A stretch of DNA of 64,000 nucleotides from Pseudogymnoascus verrucosus (GCA_001662655.1 KV460234.1); one strand, 5' to 3'. Positions 1 to 13,419 are shown, counted from the first letter of the stretch. Notes: generated by a model from the letters alone, not told the origin. Numbers and translations are program-made.

Positions 1-362
1 GGTTGGTAAGTGCTCGGAGCCGGTGTTGTAGCATAAAGTAACGCGGACTTAGCTGCAGGATCACTCTTGGTCTAGACGCTTGGATGGATCCTTTCCATCG
101 AGTGTTACAGATACATTCACATACGAGCACTATAAGAAACGTGCGCAGAACGTGGCAATGGTGAAGATCTGCATCCATTGCGGGGTGAATAGGGGAGATA
201 GAACTGTACTGGGAAATATCCGACGATATTTGGATTGCGTAGAGAAATAGGCTGTTCTGTACCGTACAATTCAAACATATTGTCGTTGAGAAATAAAGTA
301 AACAAGCATACTTCGTGGCGGCGGCGGCGCGATAACAAGATTTGCCCCACATGTTGGTCAAT

Positions 363-587
363 CACGTGTGTATGTCACGTGATACATCCACGTGATTACT
401 AACTTCGCCTCACAGAATATTCTAGCATCACCGACATCATTCCAGCGCCTTCACCATCGTCCACTACGATTACCACCCAACCTTCGAGAAAGACGACGAT
501 GCCTCTAGAATGACTTATCAGCATGTTGCGTACCACTTCTCGTAAGTAATAGAATATTCTCGCAAACGTAAGTTAAGTCTATATAAC
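363..587 (+). promoter_or_regulatory. Promoter of small HSP gene: three CACGTG boxes, heat-shock-element-like GAA/TTC units and a TATA box
   Basis: CACGTG at 363, 376 and 389; AGAATATTCT (nGAAn-nTTCn) at 414-423 and 551-560; TATATAA near 581; all upstream of the ATG at 732. Confidence 0.6.
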
Positions 588-731
588 CATCGTGAACACA
601 CCGAGTAAGTGCTTTTCTTTCTTCATCAAAACACAATCATCCATCAAGATCTTCATACAATCTCGAACAATCCAACAAGCCCTCAGCGAATTCCTCTTAC
701 CAACATTATCACTCCAACACAAACACGCAAA

Positions 732-1364
732 ATGTCTTTCCACCCACACGCATTCTTCTCCTCCCCATCCCAGTCCGCCTCCTCATTCACTCCTCTCTTC
801 CGCCTCCTCGACGACTTCGACACCTACTCGCGCCACACACCTCGCCAATGCGCACGTGCTGAGAAGACCTTCGTCCCAAAGTTTGACGTCAAGGAGCTCC
901 CAGCCCACTTTGAGCTGCACGGCGAGCTCGCGGGCATCAATCAACGCGATGTCACCATCGAGTTCACGGACCCACAGACACTGAGCATCCGCGGACGCTC
1001 TGAGCGCTCCTACACCGCCGGCACTCCACCTGCCGCCATCGAGGCCGATACCCCAACACCTGCCATCAGCGAGGACGGCGCCACCACGCCAAAGAGCGAT
1101 CACCAGCCTACAGTTGAAGATGAGGACACACCAACCACCACCGTCGCAGCCCCTGAGGCAGTTCAGCCAGAGAAGCCGCAGAAGAAGGAGCCTGAAGAGC
1201 GCTTCTGGGTCTCGGAGCGAAGCATCGGCTCGTTTGCGCGCTCCTTCACTTTCCCGGGACGCATTGACCAGGATGGGGTTACTGCATCGATGAAGGATGG
1301 GATCTTGAGCGTTGTGGTTCCCAAGGCGAAGAAGCATGAGAGCCGCAAGATTGAGATCATGTAA
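732..1364 (+). CDS. hsp30: Small heat-shock protein (Hsp20/Hsp30, alpha-crystallin domain), intronless
   Basis: FTPLFRLLDDFD, PKFDVKE, ELAG, ERSIGSFARSFTFPGRIDQDGVTASMKDGILSVVVPK and C-terminal IxI-like RKIEI; ATG at 732. Confidence 0.93.
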   Translation: MSFHPHAFFSSPSQSASSFTPLFRLLDDFDTYSRHTPRQCARAEKTFVPKFDVKELPAHFELHGELAGINQRDVTIEFTDPQTLSIRGRSERSYTAGTPPAAIEADTPTPAISEDGATTPKSDHQPTVEDEDTPTTTVAAPEAVQPEKPQKKEPEERFWVSERSIGSFARSFTFPGRIDQDGVTASMKDGILSVVVPKAKKHESRKIEIM

Positions 1365-3012
1365 ATGACTTGCGAGGAAACTTTACTGAGTCTATTCTGC
1401 ATCGAGATGGGAGTTGGAAGGAGTTTTTAGTTCAAGCGAGAGGTTTACTTTGAAGCAAACAATGACGCTTTTACAGTTCTGCTTTAGTTGTACTCTACCA
1501 AATCAAATAATACAAATCAATCCAATAAATCCAATAAATCCAATACATTAGTGCAAACCCAACATAAATTTGCTTTGAATGTGACGGCATCTCATTGTGA
1601 TTATTATCGTGAACTCAGTAATATAATTTACTTCTAGATTTAATAAATAATATTAATACATCAAAACCTCCCCAAAAATAAAAGCCGGATCCATATTAGA
1701 GTTTCTTTCTCCGGAATATATTCTAATCAATTAATGACACCTTGTCGGATACTTTAACTGACGAGGCATGACCACACGAGACTCTGACCACACCTAGTGT
1801 TGAGAAGCCAGTGCATCTTGGCGGGGTATTTCACCCGTTTTACCTCCGTCCTCTCCGTCACATCTCACAAAACATCCATAATTTTAGACGACGCAAGCTA
1901 ACGCACACTCACAAGCTACCCTAATCATTTATCCCATCATAAATACTGTTTGGAGATTCAGTCCAAAAACGGCGACCGGCTTCCGCTCGTCCGTTGGCGG
2001 CGCCGCGCTGTCCCAAGGCGCATACTCCCGCCTTGGCTGGTGGCGCGGAAAGGTTATTCGGACCTTCTCGTATTTATCCATGTCCAGTCCGGCAACGGGG
2101 TATTCAGTACGTGTAGTTACTACTGTATCCGATTATAAGTTGTTCTTGATGGTTAGAATCGCCGCATGATCAATGCCAGGAACAGTGAGATTTTTTATCT
2201 CCGATACTACTGGCTATGGCTACATGAGCCACCCATTACGATGATAGGTGCGTTATTGTGCTTATTAAGGAGGACCGTTACCGTCCATTTCAGCTGGAAT
2301 ATCTTGGGGACCAGTTTAATAGAAGGGCTCAAAGTTGATCCCTGTGACGAAGCAACGAAGTTACGGCGGCGGGCAAAATGTTTGCGAAGGTCGCGGCCCT
2401 CCAAGGAGCTTTAAATTCCATTCAAGTTTTGCCCAGAACATGGATTGGGTTGTCGTGAGAAGCGCCACGAGCATGCGGCGACAGGAAGCCACGACAATAA
2501 AAAGTCACGATGACAAGAAGTTGCGGCGACAAGACAATCCCGACAGTGGCACTGCCATGACCAACTCTTCTATCCCGGTATGCCGGTCACGATGGCTGTT
2601 GTATCTGCAACCCGGCATACTGGATCGTGATAGACTTCCGGATCGTGGTGAGGTGCTGGGCGAGGTTAGCGCTGTCGAGCTTCAGGATGGTCGCGGGCCC
2701 CCCGTTGATCCAGAGCAGAGGAGTACGCTCGTGGATGTTAGGGATGGTTGGCGAGAACTCCGTGATGACGGCCTGTTTGATCACGCATTGGTTTGGGAAC
2801 GCCAAGGTCGGGTATTTCATTTGCCTGCCCTCTCTGAGAATGAGGGTCGAGGGGCATTATATACTCAGCCGCGTCCATCAATAGCGGGCTTCCAAACCAA
2901 AGTGCGGAGGAAAACGTCCCTCATCACAAACAAACCTGGGGAGTTCTGTAGCTGTCCTTCCATCGCCGTCTAAACCCGCCTCCCAATAACTAAACCTCAT
3001 TCCCATGACTGC

Positions 3013-3600
3013 CCCTCGTTCCTTCCTTCATATTATCGCTCGTTCCTTCCTAAACTCCCACGCCCCGCTCCTTCCAATATATTATCCCTTGCTTCTTCCA
3101 TACTATCCCGGTTCGTTCCTTCCAATATATAGCCCCTCTGGCTCCTTCTCAAACATAGCGTTCTGAGAAAACGGCAGCAGATAGAAAGATTGCCATAGAG
3201 AATGCGGTGGCAGAAGCGCGCTGTGCATCTGCAGAACTACAGCACCCGACGAAGCTCGGAGATCACACCTTCACAGCAGATTGGAGGCTGTGACAGGTAT
3301 ACAGCGGCGACAAAGAGCGGTGGTGACGAGAAAGGCGGTAACGATAGACGAAGCGGTAGTTAGAACACCAGCATCACCTCGAACCAAGTATGCCTCATCA
3401 CCATCCCAGTATTCACTCCATAGTTCACAGATTTGCTAATTGTTGTCCAATAGCGTTGGTTAAGACCGGACCAGCCGGTTACTTACTTTGCCTGTCCCTC
3501 GTTCCTTCCTTGATATTATGCCTCGTTCCTTCCTATATTATCCCCCTTCGCTCCTTCGCTCCTTCCCTCCCAATATATTCTCCCTCGTTCCTTCCCATAT
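3013..3600. repeat. Two clusters of degenerate pyrimidine-rich CTCGTTCCTTCC..ATATTAT repeats
   Basis: ccctcgttccttccttcatattatcgctcgttccttcct at 3013 versus ccctcgttccttccttgatattatgcctcgttccttcct at 3496, plus further degenerate units. Confidence 0.6.
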
Positions 3601-4460
3601 CATCGCCCAACTCGCACCTTCCCATGTCCTCCCTCCCTCCCTCGCATCTTCCCATCGCAGCCCCCCTTTCAAGCACCACCCGCCCCCGCAGCTCCAACAG
3701 AGGTATATATACCACCTTCCCCACGCACGCATCCAACCCGCTTAACTTCTCACAGACAAAGTAAAAGTACACCGGAATATCGACGTGGGGGTGCTGGAAT
3801 AAGCTGGCGCGGATTTGGTGAGTTAAGAGTGCTGGGTGCCGAGGGGGTTGGCTGCGGTTTGTAGAGGCGATGGTGAGAATGAACGGCGGCGACGAGAACC
3901 GCTTACCTCCCACCAACGAAACTGCGTCCACAGCAACGCCTGGCAGTATACACCGCACCACCCGTCCGCGCTACAAACAGGCACCCCTGTACTTATTGGC
4001 TTGTGGTATTTTGTTTGATCATGAGTCTATGTGGAAGCCGGGGAAGACGTGGCCCCATTTCCGACCGATCGGTTGGTTGCTGCGGATCCTCACAAGTCCA
4101 TGGGATCAAGCACTCGCATTTAGATTTTAGAATTTAATTAATTTCTTTTTTCATGAACACATCCTACGCCTGGTTGGTATCTCTCAAAAGGTGTATCCCG
4201 CCCCTAAATATACACCTCGCTCCCCCTTCCAATTGCCCCTTAAAAAAGAGGTTTCGCTAATCCAACGCCACAAAAAATGATTGATCCCCCTCCCAAAAAT
4301 CGCTCCTGCCCAAATATATCTATCTCTATTCCCGAGTTGAATCCGCTCCCATTATACTTGTATATACCCGGACCCCCTCATACCGAGGGGGTCCGCGCAG
4401 TGGTGTGAAAGGTGTGTGAAAGGTGATGATGACGAAAGGTTGTTATACACCGATCGTTCC

Positions 4461-6156
4461 TCACAAATCCATAAACCAATCATCATCCCCCACCTTCAAC
4501 CCCTTCATACTCTCCGTCTGCTCCCTCTTCTCCTCCTTCGTCTTAACCACCTTCTCCTGCTTCACCGGCGGCGGCCTCTCCTCCATATCCCTCGCCCTGT
4601 ATGCCTCGAGATCCTCGCCCTCAAGCATATCAGGGTTAAACGCGAAGGAGCCCCTAGGAATAAACGTAGCAGCGAACACCGTGCACGCGATGATGGTGAA
4701 CTGCACACCACCCACGTACTTGACAGCTTCGTGCACGTCCCCGCCATTCGCCGCGGAGACTTTGTCAATGTAAGTTCCCAGTAATGGGGAACAGATGGAG
4801 TAGGTGACGATATACGTCGAGTAGAGGAACGCCATCACTGTCACCAAGGCACTAACGTCTTTGCGTTCGTGCTCCTGTCGGTGCAACATAGCTTGCAGGT
4901 AAGCGGAGAGGGAAATATCTCCCGCAGCCCATCCAAACGATATCGGAATGAACGTCGCCGCCACCATCCACGCCTGACCCACCTGCCCCGGCGTCGGATG
5001 CCAGAAGGCGAGGTACCACACGATCAGCAGTCCGCAGGCATCCAGTCGCAACCACGGCATAGGTGTGGTGACTAGATTAGTAAAAAGGAAAACGAACAGC
5101 GCGCCGAGCAGTTCTCCGAAGTTCGATCCCCCGACGATGAGCTGTGCCCACGCAGAGTTGTGGAGGTAGCGCTGCGCGAGGAGGGGGGCGATGTTGTTCT
5201 CGAGGTAGCGATGCGCGTAGAGGGCGAGGGAGTAGGAAGGGAGGAGCCAGATGAATTTGCGGCTTGTGAAGAGGATGCGAGCGCCTGTGCTGATGGAGAC
5301 GAAGAAGAGTTGCGTGGATTGGGAGAGGAGGGAGAGGTAGGAGGGACTGTTGACGGTGCGGAGTTTGGGGGCCGTGGTGGGGTGCTCGGCGGTCGAAATG
5401 CAGGACCAGATGCACGCGGCGCCGGCGAAGCAGAAGGGGGAGACGATGATGGCCATGTTGTTGCCGAGGTGGGGGATGAGGACGAGGGCGGTGGTGAAGG
5501 CGCCGGCGGTGCCGGTCACTTCGTAGAAGATGTGGACGGTGGCGTCGAGGCGGCGGAGCTTTTGTACTGTGGGATGTTAGTGAGTGGTGTTAATGGTGAG
5601 ATATATCAGACTGACCGTCGGAGCGGACAATGTCTCGCGGGATGACGCGGCGGATAAGCTCGACCATGCCGTAGACGACACCGGTCACGCAGTAGACGGG
5701 AATCATGCCGTCAGTGTTAAAGTCCCCGTAATACGAGAAGTCGCCGGCTGGAGTGCCTGCAGGCTTGAAAGTGCCGCCCGTTGCAGCGTCGACGATGAGG
5801 ATGACGGTAGTGAATAACGCAAAAACCAGAATGGCGACGGAGAGGACGATGCGTGTCTCCCATCTCTTTACCAGAGGGGCGACGAGGATGGCGCCGAAGC
5901 ACTGGAAGGCTTGGTTGAGGCCTTGGAGTAGGCCGATGCGGCCGAATGTGACAGGCGTATATCCGCCAACGCGGGCGGCGTAGTCGTAGCGATTCGATGC
6001 GAGTGAGATGAAGGAGCCGACAAAGACTTCGAGACCAAATTTATATACCATGATTCCTGCGATATAGATCATCATATTCTTCTTCTCGGAGCGGGTGAAG
6101 AGATGCCATGTCGCGAAGACATTCCCGCTCTTGGGATCCATCATGGCGGGAAACAT
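4461..6156 (-). CDS. Multi-pass membrane protein, probable MFS-type transporter of unknown substrate (intron 5567-5615)
   Basis: Two ORFs joined by a GTCAG...CTAAC...CAG intron to give RDIVRSD-VQKLRRLDATVHIFYEV; many hydrophobic helices. Confidence 0.8.
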
Positions 6157-7203
6157 TGTGGCAGTAGTTTTCTGCTGTGCTGGCCGGATTGCTTCTTGAG
6201 CAGCAGGGTCAGACGTCGAGGAGGCAAGGCGCCGCTCTGCCTTTCTCACAGGAAGTGATGATGGAGATGTTGAACATAGACAGCCATGACCATCGATCTC
6301 TGGCAGTGGATCCGCAGCGCCGGGTCTTATATGTATATGTAGGCAGACTGACGCAGCACCAGGCTCTGGCGCGCCTGGGTGAAAAAGAAAGGAAAGAGGG
6401 GCGTCTTACGTTTGAGCGCCATTCATGCAGTCGGGGCACTGCTCGGGACGCCGTCTGGTGTCTATTTTCCACACGAAGGCGCGGGTTGGGTGGGGTTAAT
6501 TTTTGGTTCGTAGCTGCGGATTACGGGTTCTACAGCGGTGATGGGGGACCCAGTGATAGACAGAATGACCGCACTGATAGTCGAAGTGTGATGGAGGCTT
6601 GGGAGACAGGGAGGATGATTAGTGGCGCGACGATGAAAAGGCTGGATTGAAGGGTTCGTTGGGGGTTTCGGTGGACTAGGGGTGGGAGGGTAGGGCGTGA
6701 ATCGACCCAGTAGATGCAGTTTAGGAAGGAACGTGGGATTATGAGCATAAGGTGGGAGACAGGGTCTTGTCTGGGCGGGCCATGTCGGCGATCCGGAACC
6801 TTACGGGGCGACAGTGTGGTGGGGTGGGGGGTAGGGGGGGTTAGGGGAGGAATCGGGGAAATCCATAATTTGTGCACAGTAGCACAGTAGAGTAGTACAT
6901 ACTGAGTTCATTAGGTAGGATGTAACTGTTTGAAGTGTCTGTAGTGTCTTTAAGGAGCTTTAAGGAGACCCTATGAGGATAGTTTGAAGGGGTTCATAGG
7001 AGATACCAGGGGATAGAGCAACAGGGCACAGTCTGGATTGCCAATAGTGCGAGTTGGTCTAGAGCATCGTAGTGGCTGGTGGCCCGAACAATTTGATACG
7101 TACATGTACAGTATGTAGTGTAGATAGCTGTGTCCAGTTAGTTAGAGACGATTCTGTATAATATTGGCATGGTATGTACTTAATAGAGATATAGTCAGTG
7201 CAA

Positions 7204-7241
7204 CTACTCACCCAATACTTCTGGAAGTATTGGGTGAGTAG
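7204..7241. repeat. Near-perfect 38-bp palindrome (18-bp arms, 2-nt spacer)
   Basis: ctactcacccaatacttc TG gaagtattgggtgagtag. Confidence 0.9.
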
Positions 7242-9522
7242 GGGCCAGTAACGGGCAAATAGAGGTCAATGGCAGTGACGTGGATCGCGATTTGAGGGCG
7301 ATGGTGGTGCGATGGACGCGATGGATGGGATTTGAGTATTGGGAGTTTAGTGGGAGTATTGGATGTAGTGGGTGAAGAAGGGCCAGTCGCAGTGCAGCAG
7401 TAACAGTCGTTGGGCGTGGGGGGGGTTTGAAGTTGGGATGGGGGATTTGAGGTTGAGGGGCGTGGGACGTGGGGTGTTCGACGTCGTGCGGGTGTGGTCT
7501 GGGAACGTGGCGTCAGACGGCGCTGCGATTGGGTTGCGGGTCTGGTCAGTGCAGGATAGACCCCTGTTAACGATGGCCGCCTCCACCGCCATTTACCGCT
7601 AATCCACTATCAAGCGAACCGCGAGACGCCACTCGACAGGGGTAGCTGACAGTGGTGTAAATGTGTTGTGCAGGGGGAGCAAGGGGCAGAGCAGTGCGAG
7701 CATCGATGGCTTCAAACTGTACTATACGCGGTAGCACTACTGATTAACTAATGCTCGACTACTGCTCTACTACTGCCATACTAACTACTCTACTGCTTAC
7801 ATCAAGTAGTATTCACTCAACTTAGTTCTCAAAGGATTCCTGTCGCGATTCTCAATGTGGGAGTAGGATGGGTTATCACGTGTTATCATCTCATCTCATG
7901 CACATAATAAATGCAGCTTCTTAATGCGGATATACAAATTGAAAGAAGAGACGGCCTGTGATAGGCAACGACGGGAGGGGATAGGCCGTGATGGTCCTCT
8001 CACACTTACCCAAATCCATAGCATCTTTATCGAAGATCCCCCAAGTTCCTGCAGCCGGAAGGAAGCTAACCGTGCTTCGAGAAGGGTTCGATTCGACGGC
8101 GGAAGGAACACTAACCCTACCTGTCGCTCCTTCCTTCACTCTCACACATCCCTCCCATCGGGAAATGCGGTAAAAGGGTCAAACCAAAAAATAAAGAGGG
8201 TTCAACGTTGCAGTCTCCTAGTTAACTCTAGTGCTCTCCTTACTACGCCACAACTAATCCGACGAATATCACGTGTGGAACCAACCGTGGGTCTGAGACA
8301 GCGGAATTGAATCGATACAGTACTTCGTGGTGTACTCTGCTCTACTCTAGCTCCTAGCCTCCCTCCCCTCCCGCCCGCCGCCTTCCTTCCCATCTCAACT
8401 CACTCACAGACCACAAGGCGAGATGATTCGCTCTCACGACTCGACGCACACCACACAACCACCATCATCAATATATCCCACACCCCGCGTACCTGCGCCG
8501 TACCTGTGTGTGAAGAGCGGCGGGAAAACCTTCTCATCACAATCAACCCGTCTCTTGGTAAATCAATTCCAAGACCTCGTTATCGAAAAGTATGTCACTC
8601 AATCAGGATGGGCGGGAGTAACAGCCAAGCGACGAGATGGAGGAGAGTATTGAAGCCAAGAATGAGGAAGACCGGTCAAAACAGGAGCCAAGGACTATCA
8701 ATGAACCTGCCATTGCACCACGCCTTCATTGTCGAACTCCAAGACTTTACTAGCAGCTTCTAACACCTAACTCCAAGCAAGTAGAGCTGCGAGTCAAAAC
8801 GGAAGCCAAGGTATCACCTCATCTCGGCGGTGACACTTCCCATCACCACTTCGCATCCACCTGTCCCTCTCTTCTCCTCCCTCCAACCACCTCCTCTCCC
8901 CGAAACCTCAGCCCGAGACACTCACCACCTCCCTCCCCACCCCACCACCCCCCACGACCACAACAACCACCACCTCTCACCCCCCCACAAACCACCACGT
9001 TCACTCAATCCCCCTCCCTGTATCTCCTCCGCCTTCCAAACCCCTTCTAGAGAGGCTTGGCACTAGCCCTCCGTCGCGCACACACGTTCACGCCGTAGCA
9101 CGGTGCTATCTCTCACCTCGGCAGCCCTTGTATCCACGTGGTCGCGTCGAGACCGGTGTCTTGGCAGGGCTAGAGGGCGCCGGCGTGGTCGTGATCGTGC
9201 CGGCGAGGGAGTTGAGATTGTCCGAGCACATGTGCGGAAGAGACTAGTACGGAGCCCTGGCCGGGAATTGTGACGAGCGAGCTCCCTGTTGCCCTCGTGG
9301 GTAGGAACGCGAGGGCCGGATAGGGGCTGGGGAGTGAGTGTGAGCAGTGGAGGAACGAACTACTATGCTCAGCATTGAAACATTCTAATACTGCATAGCT
9401 AATCCTCCCTCCTGATCGTGAACCCCCTCTCCCCTCATGCTCGCGATGACCGCGCGCGCTGCGGTCATGTCTCAATCCGGCGATGTGCGTGTGTGGATAT
9501 TTGCTTGGTTGCGTGGCCTTCC

Positions 9523-9578
9523 TTTTTTTTTTTTTTTTTTNNNNNNNNNNNNNNGGGTGGGGGGGGGCGGGGGGGGGT

Positions 9579-9624
<46 letters not shown>
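9523..9624. other. Assembly gap (N run) flanked by poly-T and poly-G
   Basis: 13 N at 9541-9553 between homopolymer runs. Confidence 0.95.
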
Positions 9625-9625
<1 letters not shown>

Positions 9626-10290
9626 TATGGGTGAATGTATGTGCCGTGAGATATTGTGTGAGCGGTGGTTTTTTTTTGCTTCTTCTTTGTTGTGGTTTGA
9701 TTGAGGATGTTTTTTGGTTTCTTGTCTGTCTTGGTGGGGGATGGTAAGTTGCTTTGGTGCTGTCTCTCCTTATACTGTTTATGTTGGTCTTTAAGCACAT
9801 CTCATCGTCATACGTCTTAAACATGGATCCTCTAGCTAAAAGGGGGACGAACACCTTGCCCCTGAGTCGAACATATATACCAACAGAGACACCAAACAAT
9901 TGCGAAGGGCAAAAATAACACGTACAACAGTAGGTATTCGCTGCTGCCCACCCATTCAACTACTAATCCAGCGATGTCAAGCTTCCAGTAGATTAATACT
10001 CAGAGTGGTGCCATCTGGACTGCGGGTGAGCGTCGCCCCCTTTTGAATTTGATACCCTCACAATGTTCCATCCCCCAATGGAGTGATGACGACCACCTGA
10101 ACTAAACCCCAACCAAATTAACCAAATTATGGCCTCTATTCGCTCAATTATAACGCGTCTCCATAGGGGACGGTGTTGACGTATTGAAATGAGACCCGAG
10201 TCGTCGTGGAAATTAGAAATCCGTAACAAGAACGCCCTTTCTTTGCAATGCCGGAAGGCTAACAGAAAAGACACACAGAGCACCCCAAAC

Positions 10291-11303
10291 CTACGTCTTA
10301 ATATCCCCCCCCCGTTCACCCAGCTCATCCACCACCGCCTCCCTCCCAACCCCAGCACCAACACCATCCCTCCTCCTCCTCGCCTCATCCTCAGCCCTCC
10401 ATTTCTTCTTCGAACTCCTATAACAATACACACACCACGAAGCCACAAACACCACCACAATAACCGGAACCCCCACCATAATGAACACCATCCAACCCGC
10501 CCTCCCCGCTCCCCCCCCATCACTGCGATTATTACACTCCATCGCCCCGACCGGTTCCCCTGGAACCCATTTACTCAGCGTCGCACTGCACCCGGAACTG
10601 AAGTCGGGGGGAGTGGGGGAGAGGGTCGGCTTGTCGCTGCTGGCCCAGGTTATTTGGTAGGCGTTGTGGATTTGGATACCGTAAGGGTAGGGGGTGGCGT
10701 GAGGTGTTTGGCCGGTTGAGAGGGTGGATGATGTGGATGTGGTGGAGGGGGATGTGACGCCGATGGCGCTGACGCAGGCAGCTGCGTTATCAAGGCTCTG
10801 GAGGGTGACGCCGGGGTTGCCTAGGGTGTAGCCGCTGGTGGGGAGGGGTGTTAGTGATGCGGCATGGGGATGCTGGGAAGTGAGATCTGAGAATTGGAAA
10901 TTGGAAATGGGAAAAATGAATATTCCTACCTTGCGCAACAGTAAGCTGTAGTAACTAGACTCGAGAGCGAGGACGTATCGATGTCCACATCTAAATCTCT
11001 GACTGCGTACGCGGTCCATTGGTCAGGGCAAACGGCGGGACTGAAGTGGAAGCGGCTTGAGGGGGCGATCTGGTCCCAGCCTGGGGGTTGGCATTGTGTA
11101 AACCGCGCGTTGGCGGGGTCAGAGTAGACGACTATGAGGGTGGTGGCGGTGAAGTTGTTCCAGTGGTAGCTTGTTATTGTGCTGGTTGTTGTGAAGATGT
11201 TGGTGCAGCTTGGGGGGAGGATGAAGGGCGTGGTGAGGGCGAGGAGGGTTCTGGGTATTGTTGTGTTTGTGGATGGCGGCGGGGAGGTGGTGGTGGTTGT
11301 CAT
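10291..11303 (-). CDS. Hypothetical Ser/Thr-rich single-pass membrane protein with Cys motifs (intron 10835-10929)
   Basis: LTTPF..PPSC, CQPPGW, FSPAVCP, YCCA/SGY across the splice junction; C-terminal hydrophobic segment followed by a basic tail. Confidence 0.75.
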
Positions 11304-11869
11304 TGTGTGGGTTTGTCGGCGTTGGTTTTGCCCGTTGGGGCTGTTATGAGGGTGTGAGGTTAGAAGAGAGGCCCCAGAGATCTATATACCCGGCACGTGC
11401 GTTGGAAGGATTATTCACTCAAGGGTTGTTATTAATAGGGTTTTTGTTGGTTGCTCGTCGTTGATAGCTCACCGTCGCTATCTATGACCTCGATATAGCC
11501 GTACTGGGATTATTTTAAGAGTATGGCGAATTAGAAGTACTTTATATGGGGTAATATAGTCGCTAATAAACTCTCACTTGGAAATTATACGGTTGTACTA
11601 TGTAGCGTAGTATTCAGAATCGATTAAATTATAAGCGCCCATAAATCTTCCTGTATTTAAATACTCGAATAAAAAATAGTCTATATTATAACTTAGTTAT
11701 ATTTACTTTTATAAAGATATTTATGTAGGTAATATCTATCTATCATACGCTAAAGCTAAAAAAAATGTCTCTACATACACCGGCTCCCTGTTAACGACTA
11801 ACTATATACGCCTACATTTCTTTAGTCGTAGAGTTGTCACCGTGTAAGAGAAAAAGAAGTGTTCCTACA

Positions 11870-13419
11870 TTATGGTTGCACAACATACTCCCACGGCAGA
11901 TTTATATCCGTCAAGAACGTAGTCTTTGCTTGCAAACCTTCAGCTGCCAAACTCTGCTCAGCGCCACTTGCCTTTGCACCAAAGCAATTCTCAACAAACG
12001 AGCCCGAATCCTTCTGCTTCTTAGCCACAATCTTCTCATACTGCTTCAACGGACACGAGCGGCCAGGCCCAGAATCGCATCCGACAACAGGGTAAACCGC
12101 ATCGTTGAGCAGGATCCGAACGTAGGGGTCTCCCTTGCCACCACAGGTCAGTCTCTCAAACGTAATTGTCCCACGCATAGTCACGAAATTCGAGGCGATA
12201 TACTTCTGGTCACGAGGGATGTGGGTAGGCGGTAGAGGCGCCTGATCGTCGAAGACGCCAATGTTAGAGGCGAGCTGGTTAATCTGACCGTCATTCGAGA
12301 ACGTAGCGATAAGGGGAGGTAGCTTGTACGGCGCCGACGACTTCGATGATGTGTATTCCTTGTCTGGGCCGTCGACGAAGCGCGATACCACAGCCGAGAG
12401 GAAGGGCAACATGAATGTGCTGTTCTTGACGGCGCCGGGCCCCGCGCCGTAGTAGTACCTGATATCCTGAGCGTACTCGAAGTCACGGAGCTCATCCTTG
12501 GTGAACACATCACAGAAGGGACTCCTTGTGCCTGTGATCTGCGACTCAAAGCCACAGAGAACCGGGAACTGCGAGACCTCAGAGGTTGTGAAGTTCAGCG
12601 CGCTGTGGGGCCCGATGAGCTTGTTGAGACGCGCGGTAACCTTTGGCAGGTAGATGTCGTTCCATGTTGTCGCATTGATGCCGCCAGAGGTGTCTTTATA
12701 CATGGGGCAGAGGTCCGAGGGCGCGAGCGAGTTGGCGACGCCACGGGGATCAGTGTTGTTGAGCACGTAGACGGAGCCCCGTGTTGTGGAATCCGGGCCT
12801 ACGTATCCGCGCACGAAGAGACGGGCAGAGTCGACTACGCGCGGCTGGTTCGCCTGATACATGTTCGCCCACGCCAGGAACGTCTGGTTCTCAGAATAGA
12901 GTTGGGGATACCGCGTGCGGTACGTGTAGCCCATGTCATACAGCTCCTTATAGCCACCGAGAGAAACCAGGGACAGTTCCAGCTCGGGGTTCCGCAACAC
13001 GGGCTTCCATGTTGAGATAAACTTCAGCGATCCCTGGGCTTGGAATTTTGGCGCGCTCTGGATTTTTGTCTGCAGGGCCACCCACCCATTGTAGGACCCG
13101 GGGTCTGGGTAGCGCGATCCGTGCCGGCTCGTGAATGCTGCCATGTCAACGGAGCACCCGGCCGGTGGCTGATTCGGGATGTTGTTGACATCAGGGCCTA
13201 AAACGTGGTCGGTTAGTATTAGGATTCTGGGCCCTAATGGGCAAACTTGCCTGGAAACCATGGGGAGTTCCCTCCGAGATATGGCGGAAACTGAGCGCCA
13301 ATTGTTCCTGGGCCTGCTCCGACATCGACGCCACCATGTGCATTGCTGCCGCCACCATGTGCCGCTGCCAGCCCACTGGCTCCAATGAGCAAGAAAAGAG
13401 TAGCGAAAGTCGGTGCCAT
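11870..13419 (-). CDS. Secreted histidine acid phosphatase / phytase-like protein (GC-AG intron 13198-13250)
   Basis: Signal peptide MAPTFATLFLLIGASGLAAA; RHGSRYP catalytic motif; YVRILLNDAVYP and C.SGPGRSCPL. Confidence 0.9.

Noticed and set aside
2335..2973. 212-aa ORF and overlapping antisense ORFs
   Set aside because: No recognisable motif, non-ATG start and no supporting gene structure; cannot be supported
9418..9959. Poly-Gly/poly-Pro ORFs
   Set aside because: Artefacts of the poly-G run and N gap
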